NCBI RefSeq assembly: GCF_000142905.1
Contig: NW_013657677.1
Span: 124,001-188,000, forward strand
Reading direction: 5' to 3'
Source of the DNA: Thecamonas trahens ATCC 50062
Lineage: Eukaryota > Protista > Apusomonadida
Length of the DNA stretch: 64,000 nucleotides
This document shows, piece by piece, positions 11,705 through 23,245 of the stretch; the stretch's first letter is position 1, and the number at the start of each line of letters is the position of its first letter. Under the pieces are notes generated by a model. The model did not search any database and was not told the DNA's origin. It saw only the letters and a list, made by a program, of their open reading frames with translations. The position numbers and the translations under genes are program-made.

Positions 11705-11819
11705 GGTAGTGGTGGGAAGGTAGGAGGGGAGTAAAGTGAGAATAAAGTGGTGAGCCTGCGGGGGGACGAGGTCGTGGTGGCTGTCATGTGACCCGTGACA
11801 GCGGCAAATTCCCGCCGTG

Positions 11820-11985
11820 TCTGGCAGGTGGGGGAGGGGGGGGGGGGGCTGATCACCTTCCTTGGCGGATGGGGGATGACGGCAGGGGAGGGGGGGGGGG
11901 GGGGGCGTGATCACCTTGGCGGAGGGGGATGACGGCACAGGTGGGGAGGGTGAAGGAGGGAGGGTGACGGGGGGGGGGGGGGGCC
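11820..11985. repeat. Imperfect tandem repeat of ~55 nt with G-runs, in the divergent TPP1/KCTD9-like spacer
   Basis: GATCACCTT(CCTT)GGCGGA(T)GGGGGATGACGGCA occurs twice, separated by long G tracts. Confidence 0.7.
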
Positions 11986-12091
11986 CTCCTCCTCTGACCG
12001 ACACACTTGTTGAGCCCTCTCACCTGATACTCGCACCACCTCTCGAAGCAGTCCAGTTCGGGCAACCCACACTATCTCCTCTTCCTATCCT

Positions 12092-13168
12092 ATGGCCGTC
12101 GCAAACGTCACCGTCGCAGTAGCCGAAGTCGAGGCCGACGACGCTGCCGCCTCGTTGCCTCAGACCCTGGCCAACTCGTGGCTCCGCCTCAACGTGGGCG
12201 GGCAGATCATCACCACGTCGCGGACAACGCTGACCATGGACGGCGAGTCGGTGCTGGCGAGGATGTTTGCACCGGACACTGAGGAACGATTTGAACATGC
12301 TCGTGACGAGTCGGGCGCCATTCTCATCGACCGCGATCCGCGCTACTTTCTCCCGCTGCTCAACTATCTCCGCACAAGCACTGTCATCATCGATCCCGGC
12401 ACCGCGCGAGAGGGCGTGTACGAGGAGGCCGTGTTCTTTGGTGTCACCTCACTCGCGACTGCTCTGCATCCGTCCGCCCGCGCTGATCTCACCCGCAAGG
12501 ACATCATCCTTCGCAGCGCCCCTTCCTACAAGGGCGTCTCCATCCGCGGCCTCGATCTTTCTGGCCTCGATCTGACCGATGTCGACTTTTCTGGCGTCGA
12601 TGCCCGCAGCGCCTGCTTTGACGACGCACATCTTGCCCCGACATTCTTTCGCAACGCCGAGCTCGGTGGCTGCTCGTTCCGCACCGCGAAGCTGGAGCAG
12701 GCCTCGCTCGCCGAGGCTGTCGCCAATGAGGTGGACTTTACCGGTGCCACGATCAAGCGGGCTTACTTTCTGAGCGCCTCACTGCAGCACGCACTGTTTG
12801 ATGAAGCCGATGTGAGTGGATGCAACTTTCAAAAGGCGATTCTCCGCGGCGCCTCGTTCTCCGGCGCCTCCTTGGTCGAATGCCGACTCCAGCGGTGCGA
12901 TCTGCGCGACATTGACTTTACCACCACCACTCTCACTGGCTCTTCCTTCTCGTGCGCCGACATCCGCGGCGCCTCGTTTGATTGGGTCACCGTGGCACAA
13001 ACCGCTAACGTCGAGTCGTCATTCCACTCGCTCTTTGACCGAGCTCGGGTGACTAGCGACCAGCTGGCGGCCATGCCGCTGAGTGACGAGGACAAAGCCG
13101 GACTCAACTTTCTTGTCGTCGCCGACAACGAGCAGTACCGGCCAGTCATCCCGACCGACGGCCAGTGA
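12092..13168 (+). CDS. BTB/POZ (T1-type) plus pentapeptide-repeat protein, KCTD9-like
   Basis: WLRLNVGG...TTSRTTL...SVLARMF...IDRDPRYF..LLNYLR followed by A(D/S)(L/F)xx pentapeptide repeats. Confidence 0.9.
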   Translation: MAVANVTVAVAEVEADDAAASLPQTLANSWLRLNVGGQIITTSRTTLTMDGESVLARMFAPDTEERFEHARDESGAILIDRDPRYFLPLLNYLRTSTVIIDPGTAREGVYEEAVFFGVTSLATALHPSARADLTRKDIILRSAPSYKGVSIRGLDLSGLDLTDVDFSGVDARSACFDDAHLAPTFFRNAELGGCSFRTAKLEQASLAEAVANEVDFTGATIKRAYFLSASLQHALFDEADVSGCNFQKAILRGASFSGASLVECRLQRCDLRDIDFTTTTLTGSSFSCADIRGASFDWVTVAQTANVESSFHSLFDRARVTSDQLAAMPLSDEDKAGLNFLVVADNEQYRPVIPTDGQ

Positions 13169-13209
13169 GCTGGCATTACATCAGTTTACAAAGAGCGATC
13201 TGGCGCGGC

Positions 13210-14319
13210 TCACAGCGTCCGCAGCCGAGCCTTGAGCTCGCGAAGCACAAACCGGACGTCATGGTTCATCATGGCACCCGCTTCGAGAATGTCATCGACA
13301 ACAAGGCCGTCAACCGCCGGCGAGACCGAGAGGCTCGCTAGCTTGCGTGAGGTCTCGTCAAAGAACAGCGTGACAACCGGCCGGAACGACGGCGTGATCT
13401 CCATCTCCACCTCGAGGCTGTGCTCGCCAATGGCTAGCAGTGCCAGGCCGGTCACCAACTGGAGCTTCTCGAGCGCGTTCTCGTACCACGCCGCCATCGA
13501 CGCTAGCTCGGTGGTAGGCGAGCCGTCGGCGCCAATGCCGCTGCCGCCAGGCACCGACGCCTGCAGTTCGGTGATCTCAGCCGTGGTCTCGGCCTTGACC
13601 GCATCCAGCCGCGCCATTTCGTCCTTCAGCGCCGCCGACGCGCCCTCCAGCTCCTCGGCTCGCATCTGCTCATCCGCCAGCCGCTGGCGCAGCGCCTCGA
13701 CCTCCTCGGCGGGCGTCATGTCAGCGTACGGTCCGGCCAGCCCGGCAACCGGATGGGTGGCCACCGCTGCGGCCTCCTCGGCCTCCTCCAGCCGCTCCAG
13801 CAGCGCCGCAATGTCTGTCTCCAGCTGCGGCAGCGCTGCTGCCGTCTCGCTGTACTGCTTTGCGTAGGTGTAGGTCATCTCGGTCAGCGCGTCCTTCTGG
13901 GCCACAATGTCGGCCCTCAGCTCGCGGACTGACGCCTTGGTCTCCGCCAACTCCCCGTTGAGCTTGGTCAGCTCCTCACTCGTCCTCACTTCCATCGCCC
14001 GCTCGCTGCTGACCTCATCCAGGAACCCGCGCTTGGTCTCCAGCTCGATAAAGTTGAACTTGAGCTTGTTGAAGTGCTCCTTGGCCTGAGTGATCCGTGC
14101 TGCCACCTGATCAGCCGCCTCCACCTCTTCCATGGGATAGCACTCAAGCTTGTTGAGGTCCACACGCCCCAGCACCCTATTCCCACGAATACATGCAAAG
14201 CCATCCAGACCGTGTCATCCTCTTGCATTAGTTCATAACCCGTATCCACCCTCCTTCCCCTCCGTCCGGCCTCTTCCCCAGGCCATGTCGCACTCGCCGT
14301 CGTCTCGTTTTGGCGCCAT
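13210..14319 (-). CDS. Kinetochore protein Sos7/Kre28/Zwint-like; probable exons 14319-14294 and 14176-13210
   Basis: EHFNKLKFNFIELETKRGFL resembles the Sos7 motif FSKLRFSY.EQ.TKE.FL. A coiled coil is followed by a beta-rich RWD-like C-terminus. The first exon is inferred from a phase-matched GTGCGA...ACTAAT...TAG intron. Confidence 0.65.
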
Positions 14320-14646
14320 CGAGCCGCCAACCTCCCCCCCCTCCCTGCCACCCTCCTTCCCGTGCCCCCCCCCACACAAGCCCGTTCAACCACAAGCCAT
14401 GGAAAGTCTACAAACTTGTTAAACGTACTGTGCCTGGTCTTGAAGTGATGGAAGGTCCGGCTCATCCTGCTTCAACTGCTCACCGATGGACAGTCTGCGC
14501 CGCATGGTGGGTCGAGGGGCGAGTGCGGTGGCGCCAGCCAGCGGACCCTTCGCCACTCGCCTGCTCGCCGGCTCGCCGTACCGCCCGGCCAAGCGCCCGG
14601 CTCCATGACATGGCCATGGTAGTTTATACAGGCTATTGCAGGATCT

Positions 14647-16048
14647 TCATGCGTGGCGGGATCGCTTGGCCGGAGGCTCAGAGGTGGAAGGATCAGCTGC
14701 CGTATCCGACCGAGGCGCATCACCTGAGGATGCAGTCGCTGGCGTAGCCGCGGGCGCAGCCTCGGACGCCGTAGCGGGCGCGGCCCCGGATGCAGCCTCG
14801 GTCGTTGGTTGCTGGGCATCGGACGAGAGACTACGACGCCGCTTACGCGACAATGAAGTCTCATCGGCACGACTCTTCTTGACCTTGCCCTTACCCTTGG
14901 CCTTGCCCTTACCCTTGCCCTTACCCTTGCCCCTGCCCTTGCCCTTGTCACGGCTCTTGCCCTTGTCACGGCTCTTCTCCTTACGCTTGCCCTTACCCTT
15001 GCTCTGGGCCTTGCTCTTGCCCTTACCCTTACGCTTGCCTTTCCGCTTGTCCTTGCGCTTGTCCTTGCTCTTGCTCTTGCTCTTGCTCTTGCCGTCCGAG
15101 TAGCCATCGCCCGAGTACGGCGGATACGAGTAGTCCGAGTACGGCGGATACGAGTAGTCCGAGTACGGCGGGTACGAGTAGCCGTAGCTCGAGTACGGAT
15201 ACGAGTAGCCATAGCCGTAGCCCGAGTATGGATACGAGTAGCCATAGTCGGAGTAGTATGGCGAGTATGAGCCCGCGCCGGTGGCAACGCCGGTCATGCG
15301 AGCGACGTGGGCGACGGTGGCGGCATCAGGCCGCGGAACAGGCTTCGGCTTGGTCGCCAGCCACGCTTGGACATCGTCGGTGAGGCTGCCGAGGCCGATA
15401 GCGATGAAAAAGTTGACAGCGAACCGGGTGTGCTTGAGGTCGTCGCGCGGAAAGACGTTGACAAGGCTTTCGGCCACGTCCGGCTCGGCCAGCCGCGTCT
15501 TGAGCTCGGCAAGGCCCATGGTTTCGGAGAGCTCAATGAAGAGGAACTTGACAAAGATACGCGACGACGGGTTGGTGTCGAGTGCGGTGATGCGGACATG
15601 CTGGAGGACCGTCCACGAGAGTGCACGCGTCCGCAGCATGTGCGCAAACAGCTTGGCCACGTTGCGAATCCGGACAGTGTCCAGCTCGTGGATCGAGTCG
15701 TACGCCTTGCAGAACGCCGCGGCGAACGCATTGTGCAGCTCGGTCGAGACTTGACAGAGCTGCGCGCAAAGCAGGCCGTAGTACCGGTGGAACGTTCGCC
15801 TCTCCGCGCACGCTTCCACAAGCAGGCCGGCCACAAGCTCCTCGTCGCCGTGGATGCCGGCTTTCAGCAGCTTGTGCGCAGTCTCCTCGTGCGAGAGTGA
15901 CGACATCACGATCATGTACAGCTCCTTTTTGCGCTGCTTCAGCTCGTCCTCGGTGTAGTCCTCGGTCCGGGTCTTGGTCCCACGCCCAAGCCCGAGCTGC
16001 GGCTTCTCCTCAGTCTGGCGCGCTCTGCCACCCGAGTACGAGTACGAG

Positions 16049-16079
<31 letters not shown>

Positions 16080-17250
16080 CGCTTGAGCCCGAGCCCGAGC
16101 CCGACTCGGTGTAGCCGTGACCGAGAATGGCCCGGCGCAAGGCGACAAACCGGACTTTGTTCTCGGCGTACGCCGGGTCGTAAGCAAAGGTGTCGAGCTC
16201 GTGCTGTGGATCGGCGTCGTCGAGCAGCGAGAGCTCAATGTGCGGGATCTGGTCGTCCTCGTGGACAAAGTCAAGCTCCGAGTGTGGCCCAGTGAAGCGG
16301 AAGCCCCTGCGATGGATGCCCAGCACCTTTTCGACCTCTTTGCACGTCCGTGCCGACTGGATCGAGCCCTCCTGCAGCGCGTCGCGCAGTGTGTCCAGCA
16401 ACGCCACCGTCGGCGCGCTGGCCACCTCCATCAGTCGCCCGCCGGCGGCGCAGAGCAGTCGGCTGGCGACTCCAAACCCAGCATCGCGCTCGGCATCAAT
16501 AAGCATGGTGAGAACCTCGAGGAGGAGGAGCTCGCCGGCGACGCCCTGCAGGAACAGATGCGCAATGATGCCGCCGTAGGCTGCTGCAGGCCGGAACGAC
16601 TTGCGCCCGAGCGCATGGTTGAAGCCTCCAGCAGCCCGGATGAGGACCAGCTCGCCCAGGGCAGGAATCTTTGAGTTGAGAATGGCCACAAGCGCTGCAG
16701 CCTTGGCCGCCGTCCCCAGTGATGCAGCCGGCGACGATGATCCGCCACCGTCGCCCAGCCCGCCTCGGGGCCCATGCCCGCGCCTACCCTGCGACCTCAC
16801 ACCGGCATGCACCAGCACCTCGGCCGCCACCACGCCGCGGAACTTGACAACATCAACCTTGGCCAGCAGCCGTGTTGCAGCCTCGGCCACTCCGCGCGAT
16901 GGTCCGCGCAGCGCAGACTGGACCGTCTCGCGGACGAGCTGGCACATAGCGGCGTGCTCGGCCCGCTGTGCCGCCTCGTCGGCCGCCTTTTCAAGCCGCT
17001 TCGTGTCGACCAGACTCGGGGGCGGAAGAACTTTCTCCTCTTCGTTGCTTTTGTTGTTCTTGTCTGCTGCTCCTACCATTGCAGAGGTTGTCGCGGCTGT
17101 GGCGACCGACGCAGTTGTTGCCGCTGTCGCAGTCGCCTTCGTCTCCGGCTCTGTCTCCACCCCACCACCTGCAAGCATACCTGCAGATTCGGCTGGACTG
17201 CTACTGGCAGCACCCTGTGCAGCTCCGGCTGCGCCACTCGGTTCAGCCAT
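14647..17250 (-). CDS. CWC22: Pre-mRNA splicing factor CWC22 (MIF4G and MA3 domains)
   Basis: AALVAILNSKIP.LGELVL; YMIVMSSLSHEETAHKLLK; RIRNVAKLFAHML; SSRIFVKFLF.EL; TRFAVNFFIAIGLGSLTD. Confidence 0.93.
14880..15270 (-). repeat. Coding low-complexity repeats in the CWC22 tail: Tyr/Ser/Pro units of 24 nt, then Lys-Gly/Lys-Ser repeats
   Basis: GAGTACGGCGGATACGAGTAGTCC tandem copies at ~15113-15180. CCCTTA/CCCTTG/CTCTTG hexamer arrays at 14880-15092. Confidence 0.85.
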
Positions 17251-17474
17251 GGGCCTTGAGGAGTTGGGTGGGAGAGTGGAGCACAGCCGTAAAGCCGGGA
17301 GAGGGCGGGGGGTGGGCGGACAACGAGTCGCCTTGGTGGGATCATGCCGGGCGGGGTGGGGGAGGCTGGTGGGCGATGGTTGGCCCGCAAGTAGGTATGT
17401 ATGTGTTTGTGGATGGAGAGGGGCGGTAGGGGGGAGGGGGAGGGGGGAGGGGAGGAAAGGGGGACTGGCGTGAG

Positions 17475-18604
17475 CTAGTCCTCGGCCTCAGCCTCGGCCT
17501 CGGCCTCGATGACGTCGACGAGGGCCGAGATGGCGTCGGCCTCAAGGAACTCGATGGCACCACCGGGACGCATGACGCAGATATCAATATTCTTGCCCGA
17601 ATCGACAATCTCGAGAAGGGCCTTGACGGCCAGCTTGATGACGTCCTCGTCGGCAGCGTCGGCGTCATAGTTCTTCTCGAGGTACTCGCGAACCGACTTG
17701 GACGAGCGGCCGGTGGCGGCGGCCTTCCATGCTGAGAACGCGCCCGATGGGTCGGTCTTGTACAGATGCGGCTCGTTGGTGACGAGGTCAAAGCCGACAA
17801 TGAGGGTGGAGATGCCGAACGGGCGCATGCCACCACGCTGAGTGTACCGCTGCTGGACGCCGGCGACGTAGCGGGCGATGTACGGCACGGTAGCCGGAAC
17901 CTCCATGTTGAGCTGGTACGACTGGCACTCGACCCGGGCCTTGTCGATCAGCACGCGTGCATCGGCCCGGAGGCCGGCAAAGGCCACGCAGATGTGGTCG
18001 TCGAGCTTGACGATCTTGCGCACCGTCCGCATGTCCTGCAGCTTAGCCGACGCCTTCTTCTCCACGCCCAACACCACCGCAGTCTTGCCACGCACTCCAA
18101 CCTACAATCCCACAGTCTCCTTGCCCGGTGAATCTTCCTCTCCCTTCGATGGCACTCCCGCCTGCCACAGGCCCTTGGCCTGGCTCCGTGGCACCGCCGG
18201 TCGCCGTGGGGGCGGGGGGCACCACTGGCGCCACCTGCGCCTGCACCTGCACTACCCCACGCATCGCACCACCAGCCCGTCCACAACCAGCCAAGATCAT
18301 CCTCTACCTGCTACACTGCCTACACTCTGCAGCAGAGTTCCACTCAGTCCACCCTACCCCGCTCCGTCCACCCTTCCATGCCGTCGACCTGTCGGCAATT
18401 TTTGGGTCGCCTTCGGCAGAGCCATGACGGTGGGACCGACACACACACAGACCCACACACAAGCACACACACTATCTCTCCACCTCCCCACTTATGGTCA
18501 CATACTGCAGCAGTTCCCTGGCGCACAGCCTCACCAGCATACTCGACCTGAAACAGGTGGCCGTCCGGTGAGAACACCGTCAGCGCCCGATCGTACTTGG
18601 CCAT
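17475..18604 (-). CDS. PSMA7: 20S proteasome alpha-4 subunit; exons 18604-18506 and 18101-17475
   Basis: [23 protein letters not shown] joins VGVRGK...[19 protein letters not shown] donor in phase 0. Confidence 0.95.
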
Positions 18605-18627
18605 GGTGGGTCTGGAGTCGGGTGGTG

Positions 18628-18920
18628 GGCCTGATCGGCTGTTCGGGCAGAGTGGCCCGAGTGCGGGAGGTGGGGTGGCACCGCTGGCCGGGGGAGGCCG
18701 GAAGCGAGGGTGCGGATGGGGGATGGGCATGGATGCAGACGCGGATGGCAGTATACGTTATTGGACGTGGGTGTAGGAGCCTAGATTGGGGATAATGCCT
18801 TGTCTGTGGCCTGATCGGCTGTTCGGGCAAGGGGACAGAGTGGGCGAGGTAGCCGGCTGGCCGGGGGAGGCCGGAAGCGAGGGAGCGGATGGGGGATGGG
18901 CATGGATGCAGACGCGGATG
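18628..18920. repeat. Imperfect direct duplication A1 (18628-18747) / A2 (18808-18920)
   Basis: Both copies share GGCCTGATCGGCTGTTCGGGCA and GCTGGCCGGGGGAGGCCGGAAGCGAGGG.GCGGATGGGGGATGGGCATGGATGCAGACGCGGATG. Confidence 0.9.
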
Positions 18921-19231
18921 ATTGTCGATCTCTATAGGTACACATCCAACTGTGCGCCGAGGCATGGATGCTTCGATGTCTAGCCCAGCCCCCTGATGTC
19001 CGAGTCGTCCCATCCCTGTCGCTGTGGCTGGACCATCTCTGATTAACCTCAAAAGCTGTATGGTCAAAAGGTAATGTAGTCTGATGATTGTCGATCTCTG
19101 TAGGTACACATCCAACTGTGCGCCGAGGCATGGATGCTTCGATGTCTAGCCCAGCCCCCTGATGTCCGAGTCGTCCCATCCCTGTCGCTGTGGCTGGACC
19201 ATCTCTGATTAACCTCAAAAGCTGTATGGTC
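18917..19231. repeat. Near-perfect 149-bp direct duplication B1 (18917-19065) / B2 (19083-19231)
   Basis: GATGATTGTCGATCTCT(A/G)TAGGTACAC...AAAAGCTGTATGGTC occurs twice with one mismatch seen and a 17-bp spacer. Confidence 0.95.
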
Positions 19232-19520
19232 GATCCGATTCCAGAGTCTCTCTTCAACTCAGCTGCGCGCAAGTCGCCGTATCATCGACCGAACCGCTAC
19301 ACTACATCTCGATGACGGTCAAGTCGTGTGGTTGATCAGAACTCTCTAGCCAGGTAGCCAAGTCGCCTTGTCGTTGTCCGCCAATGATCAAGCGACAGTG
19401 TCGCTTGATCATTGGCGTGTCAGTACCGCCTTCCAAGCCTCCCCCCCCCCCCCCCACCCTCACAAGCAGACCACTCACCTCACTCTCACCATCCCCCCCG
19501 GACGTGTTCCATATATCTAC

Positions 19521-20426
19521 ATGAGCACACCGTCAAGCAGGGCTAGTGCCGTGTCGGCGGCCCGGGGTAAGGCCTTTGTGTTTGGAGGTGCGGCAAGTGG
19601 GTCGGGCGGGGCAACAACTTCGACGACGACGGCAGGAACAGCGAGTGCTGGTGTGGGAGATGGCAAGGCTGGGGCCAAGCCGGGCTCGGCATCTGGATCG
19701 GAAGAAGGATCGGGTGCTGCTGCCATCCAGCCGCCGACAGACATGACGCACGCACAGCAGAGGCTCTTTGAGCTGCGGCTGCAAACGAACGCATCGCGCG
19801 AAGCCAACCTGGCTGTTGTCGCCGCCGAGCAGGCTGGCGAGAGCGCGGTGACAACCGCGACCCGGTCTGCGCTGGAGGCGGCCAAGGCGGCCAAAGACGA
19901 GGCGCGGGCGGCGGCCAAGGCGTCGTCGACGTCGGAAAAGGTTCGAGCGATGCAGGCCAAGCTGTTGAACGATTCGGTCGATGCGGCGGCGTGGCGACGG
20001 AGCAAGTCATCGGCAGTCAAGGCGCTGGCGGCCAACGACAAGCGGGCGTCGCTCGCCGAAGACGCCGATCTTGCGGGCAACCAGGTCTACCGCCACTATG
20101 CTAAGCGTGGCGCGGCCAACTCGCTCTCGCTCGACGACTACCGCAGCAGGCACGGTCCGGCGTCGGCCGCCGCCGCTGCTGCCGATCCCGCCGGCATGTC
20201 GTCGTATGCAGACCCGGCACGGGTTGCAGCCATGCGCGCCGACCTCGCCAAGCAGGCTCAGCGCGCTGCCAAGAATCGCAAGCGCAAGCGCCGTGCCATT
20301 AATCCCGACGAGGACGTCGACTACGTCAACGCCAAGAACCGCAAGCTCAACAAGGATCTCGAGGCTGCGTACGGCAAGTACACCGAAGAGATCAAGCGCA
20401 ACATTGAGCGCGGGACAGCGCTGTGA
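19521..20426 (+). CDS. SYF2: Pre-mRNA splicing factor SYF2
   Basis: C-terminus DEDVDYVNAKNRKLNKDLEAAYGKYTEEIKRNIERGTAL is the SYF2 signature. The start at ATG 19521 is tentative. Confidence 0.9.
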   Translation: MSTPSSRASAVSAARGKAFVFGGAASGSGGATTSTTTAGTASAGVGDGKAGAKPGSASGSEEGSGAAAIQPPTDMTHAQQRLFELRLQTNASREANLAVVAAEQAGESAVTTATRSALEAAKAAKDEARAAAKASSTSEKVRAMQAKLLNDSVDAAAWRRSKSSAVKALAANDKRASLAEDADLAGNQVYRHYAKRGAANSLSLDDYRSRHGPASAAAAAADPAGMSSYADPARVAAMRADLAKQAQRAAKNRKRKRRAINPDEDVDYVNAKNRKLNKDLEAAYGKYTEEIKRNIERGTAL

Positions 20427-20450
20427 GAGCAGAACAAGTTTTATCAAACT

Positions 20451-22920
20451 CTACGGCGCAAGGACCTGTGCTACGAGCGACGGCGGGACCGGGCCGTACT
20501 CCTTAAAGGCAAGCGAAAAGGTGCCGTTGCCTTGGGTCAGTGAGCGGATGGCGGTCGAGTAGCCGGCGAGCGAGGCAAGTGGGACGGTGGCCCAGATCCG
20601 TTGCTGGCCGCCGGGCAGCGGCTGCATGCCGCTTACCTGGCCGCGCCGGAGCGGCGAGTTGAGGTCGGCAATGACCTGGCCGACGTAGTCCTCGCCAACA
20701 TCGACCTCCATCTCCATCAGCGGCTCCATGACGCTGACGGCGTCGGCATGGGCGGCGAGGAGAGCCATCATAGCCTTGGAAATGCCAACGGCAATCACGC
20801 CCGCCGGGACGGCGGAAAAGTCGCCGTCGGCGGCCTCGATGCCGACCAGCTCGACGGCGTTGCCGGTGAGCGGGAGCGAGGCGACGATGCCACGCTGAAG
20901 CGCGAGCTCGAGGCCAGTCTCGACAGCCTCGCGCTGCTCGCGGTTGAGGCCGTCAAGCGCGCCGTCAGCCACTGTCCACGTCTCGACAGCATCAGCATCG
21001 GGCGCAAGTGCAGGGCCGACAGCCGAGACCGCGAGCTCGATGTTGAGCTGGTGGGCTGGCCCAGGAGCAGCGAGCGAGCCGGCCGAGAGCGGACCGGTCG
21101 AAAAGGTGTACGCCATGTGTGCATCAACCGAGAGATGCTCCTTGTATGCTACGCGCGGCTCCGAGATGGTGCATGAGACGCCGAGCTCGTCACGGAGCCG
21201 CGTCGCGATGTACTCGAGATGGAGCTCGCCCATGCCCGAGAGAATGGTCTCGCCGGTCTCTTCGTCGATCGAGACTGAGAGCGACGGGTCTTCGCGGGTC
21301 ACCTGGGCGAGTGCCTTCTCCAGCTCAGGCTGGACCGCGAGCGACTCGGGCTCGACAGCGCAGAAGAAGACCGGCGGCGGCATGGAAACGCCAGCGAGGA
21401 CGACCGGGTGCTTGTCGTTACCGGCCACCACAGTGTCGCCGGTGGCGGCGTCGCGGAGCCCGAGCGCAGCGCCCAGCGCGCCGGGCCCGATCTCCTTCAC
21501 TTCCTCCATGTCGTCAGCATAGACCTTGTACAGCTTGGAGACCCGCTCCTTGACACCCTGCGTCGAGTTGAACAGCGTCGACGCCGAGCGGAGGACGCCC
21601 GAGTAGACCCGAAAGTAGACAACAGCGCCGCGCTGCGGAATGTGCGCAACCTTAAAGGCGAGGGCCGTCAGCGGCTCGCTCGCCTGTGGGGTGCGGGACA
21701 CGGATTGGACGCCGCCACCGTCAGGATCAGACGCCCCGGACTTGGCCACAGGCTTGTGCTTGTGCTTGTGCTTGCGCACAGACGTGACGCCCCCGCCACG
21801 GCGCGAGACACGGACAGCCGAGACCGGGCCGACATCGACCGGCGACGGCATGTAGTCGACGATGGCGTCAAGCAGTGGTTGGACGCCCTTGTTCTTGAAC
21901 GCCGAGCCGAGGAGGACGGGGACTGCTCGCCGGGATCGGGTGGCGCGCGCAAGCGCGTCGCGCACAAGATCGGGCTCTACGGCGCACGGCGCAGCCTCAT
22001 AGTCAATGTCAGCCTCAAGGAGGGCATCAAGAAACGCGTCGTCGAGTCCGACAAGCTCATCGACCAGACCGAGGCGGGCGGCGGCCATGTCCGCAGATTC
22101 GCGGGCGCAGCCCGGAGTCACCTCCTCGCCCCACTCACCACCAAAGGTCAGCTCCTTCATGGAGACCAGGTCGCGGACGGCACGAAACTCGCGATGCATG
22201 TCGCCTGAGACGACCGGAGCGTGGACAGGCACGAAAGAAGCGTCCGAGCCGAGCCGCTCGCGGAGCGAGGCCACAGCGGCGCCAAAGTCGGCGCCCTCGC
22301 GATCCATCTTGTTGACAAAGACCACAGTGGGGATACCGTACTTTTCGCACTGTGCCCACACCCGCAGTGTCTGTGCCTGCACGCCGGACACAGCGTCGAC
22401 AACCAGGACGGCGCCATCAAGCACACGGGCCGATCGCTCGACCTCGGCGGTAAAGTCGACGTGACCGGGCGTGTCGATGACGTTGATCTCATGTTCACGC
22501 CACGGAAGCGTGATGGCTGCGGCGTTAATGGTGATGCCGCGCGCCATTTCCTGCGGCAAGTAGTCCATGGTAGCGTTGCCGTCGTGGACCTCGCCCGGCC
22601 GACGGACCAGATTGGTGTAGAGCAGCATGCGCTCGACCACCGTAGTCTTGCCATGGTCGACATGGGCAAAGATGCCGACGTTGCGCATGCGTGCCCTGTC
22701 CCCATCGCCGCATCCAGGTTGTTTGAGTGAGTCTGTGATGTGATCAGGGGGGGAGGGGGAGGGGAATGCAGAGACAGAGGCAGAGAGAGACAGAGGGAGA
22801 GAGAGAGTCGCTCCTCCACACATACGCAGCATCATCCAGACTGCCACCCGACGAGGCCCACCGACGGGCCACCAGTGAGACCGAGAGAAGGCGGGCAGCC
22901 CGAGCGGGCATCCGCAGCAT
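20451..22920 (-). CDS. GFM2: Mitochondrial EF-G-family GTPase, likely EF-G2 / ribosome-releasing factor 2; exons 22920-22826 and 22695-20451
   Basis: Arg-rich presequence MLRMPARAARLLSVSLVARRWASS. Motifs AHVDHGKTT, RGITI, DTPGHVDF, NKMD, SGMGELHLE. The divergent domain IV favours EF-G2 over EF-G1. Confidence 0.85.
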
Positions 22921-23245
22921 GGCAAAGGGGGTAGGTGGTACGGTGGGTGGGTGGGGTGGAGTAGCGGGGGGGGAAGAGGGGGGATGGGTGTGGGAGAGTG
23001 AGTCCGTGGTGGTCCCTGCCTGGCCTGCTCGTCTACAGTTGAGCACGCTGGCTGCCAAACCGGGCTCGAACCCGCAAGTGGGTAGCGGCCGGGCGAGGGG
23101 GGGGCAACCGTGTTGCTCACCAAGATATTGGGTGAGTTCGCTCGAAGCGGACTGCGGTGGGGCAGCCGTGTCAACGACAACGGGCAGGGTATTTGACTCT
23201 GGACTCAGAGAATCATAGTGGAGAGAAGCAGAGTACAAGCAGAAC

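Noticed and set aside
18917-19231. CRISPR array, LTR pair or 5S rRNA
   Set aside because: Only two 149-bp units with a 17-bp spacer, no internal ORF or TG...CA ends, and no recognisable 5S sequence.
22921-23180. Long N-terminal extension of the EF-G ORF
   Set aside because: Read-through of intron and spacer. The real start is the spliced presequence at 22920.
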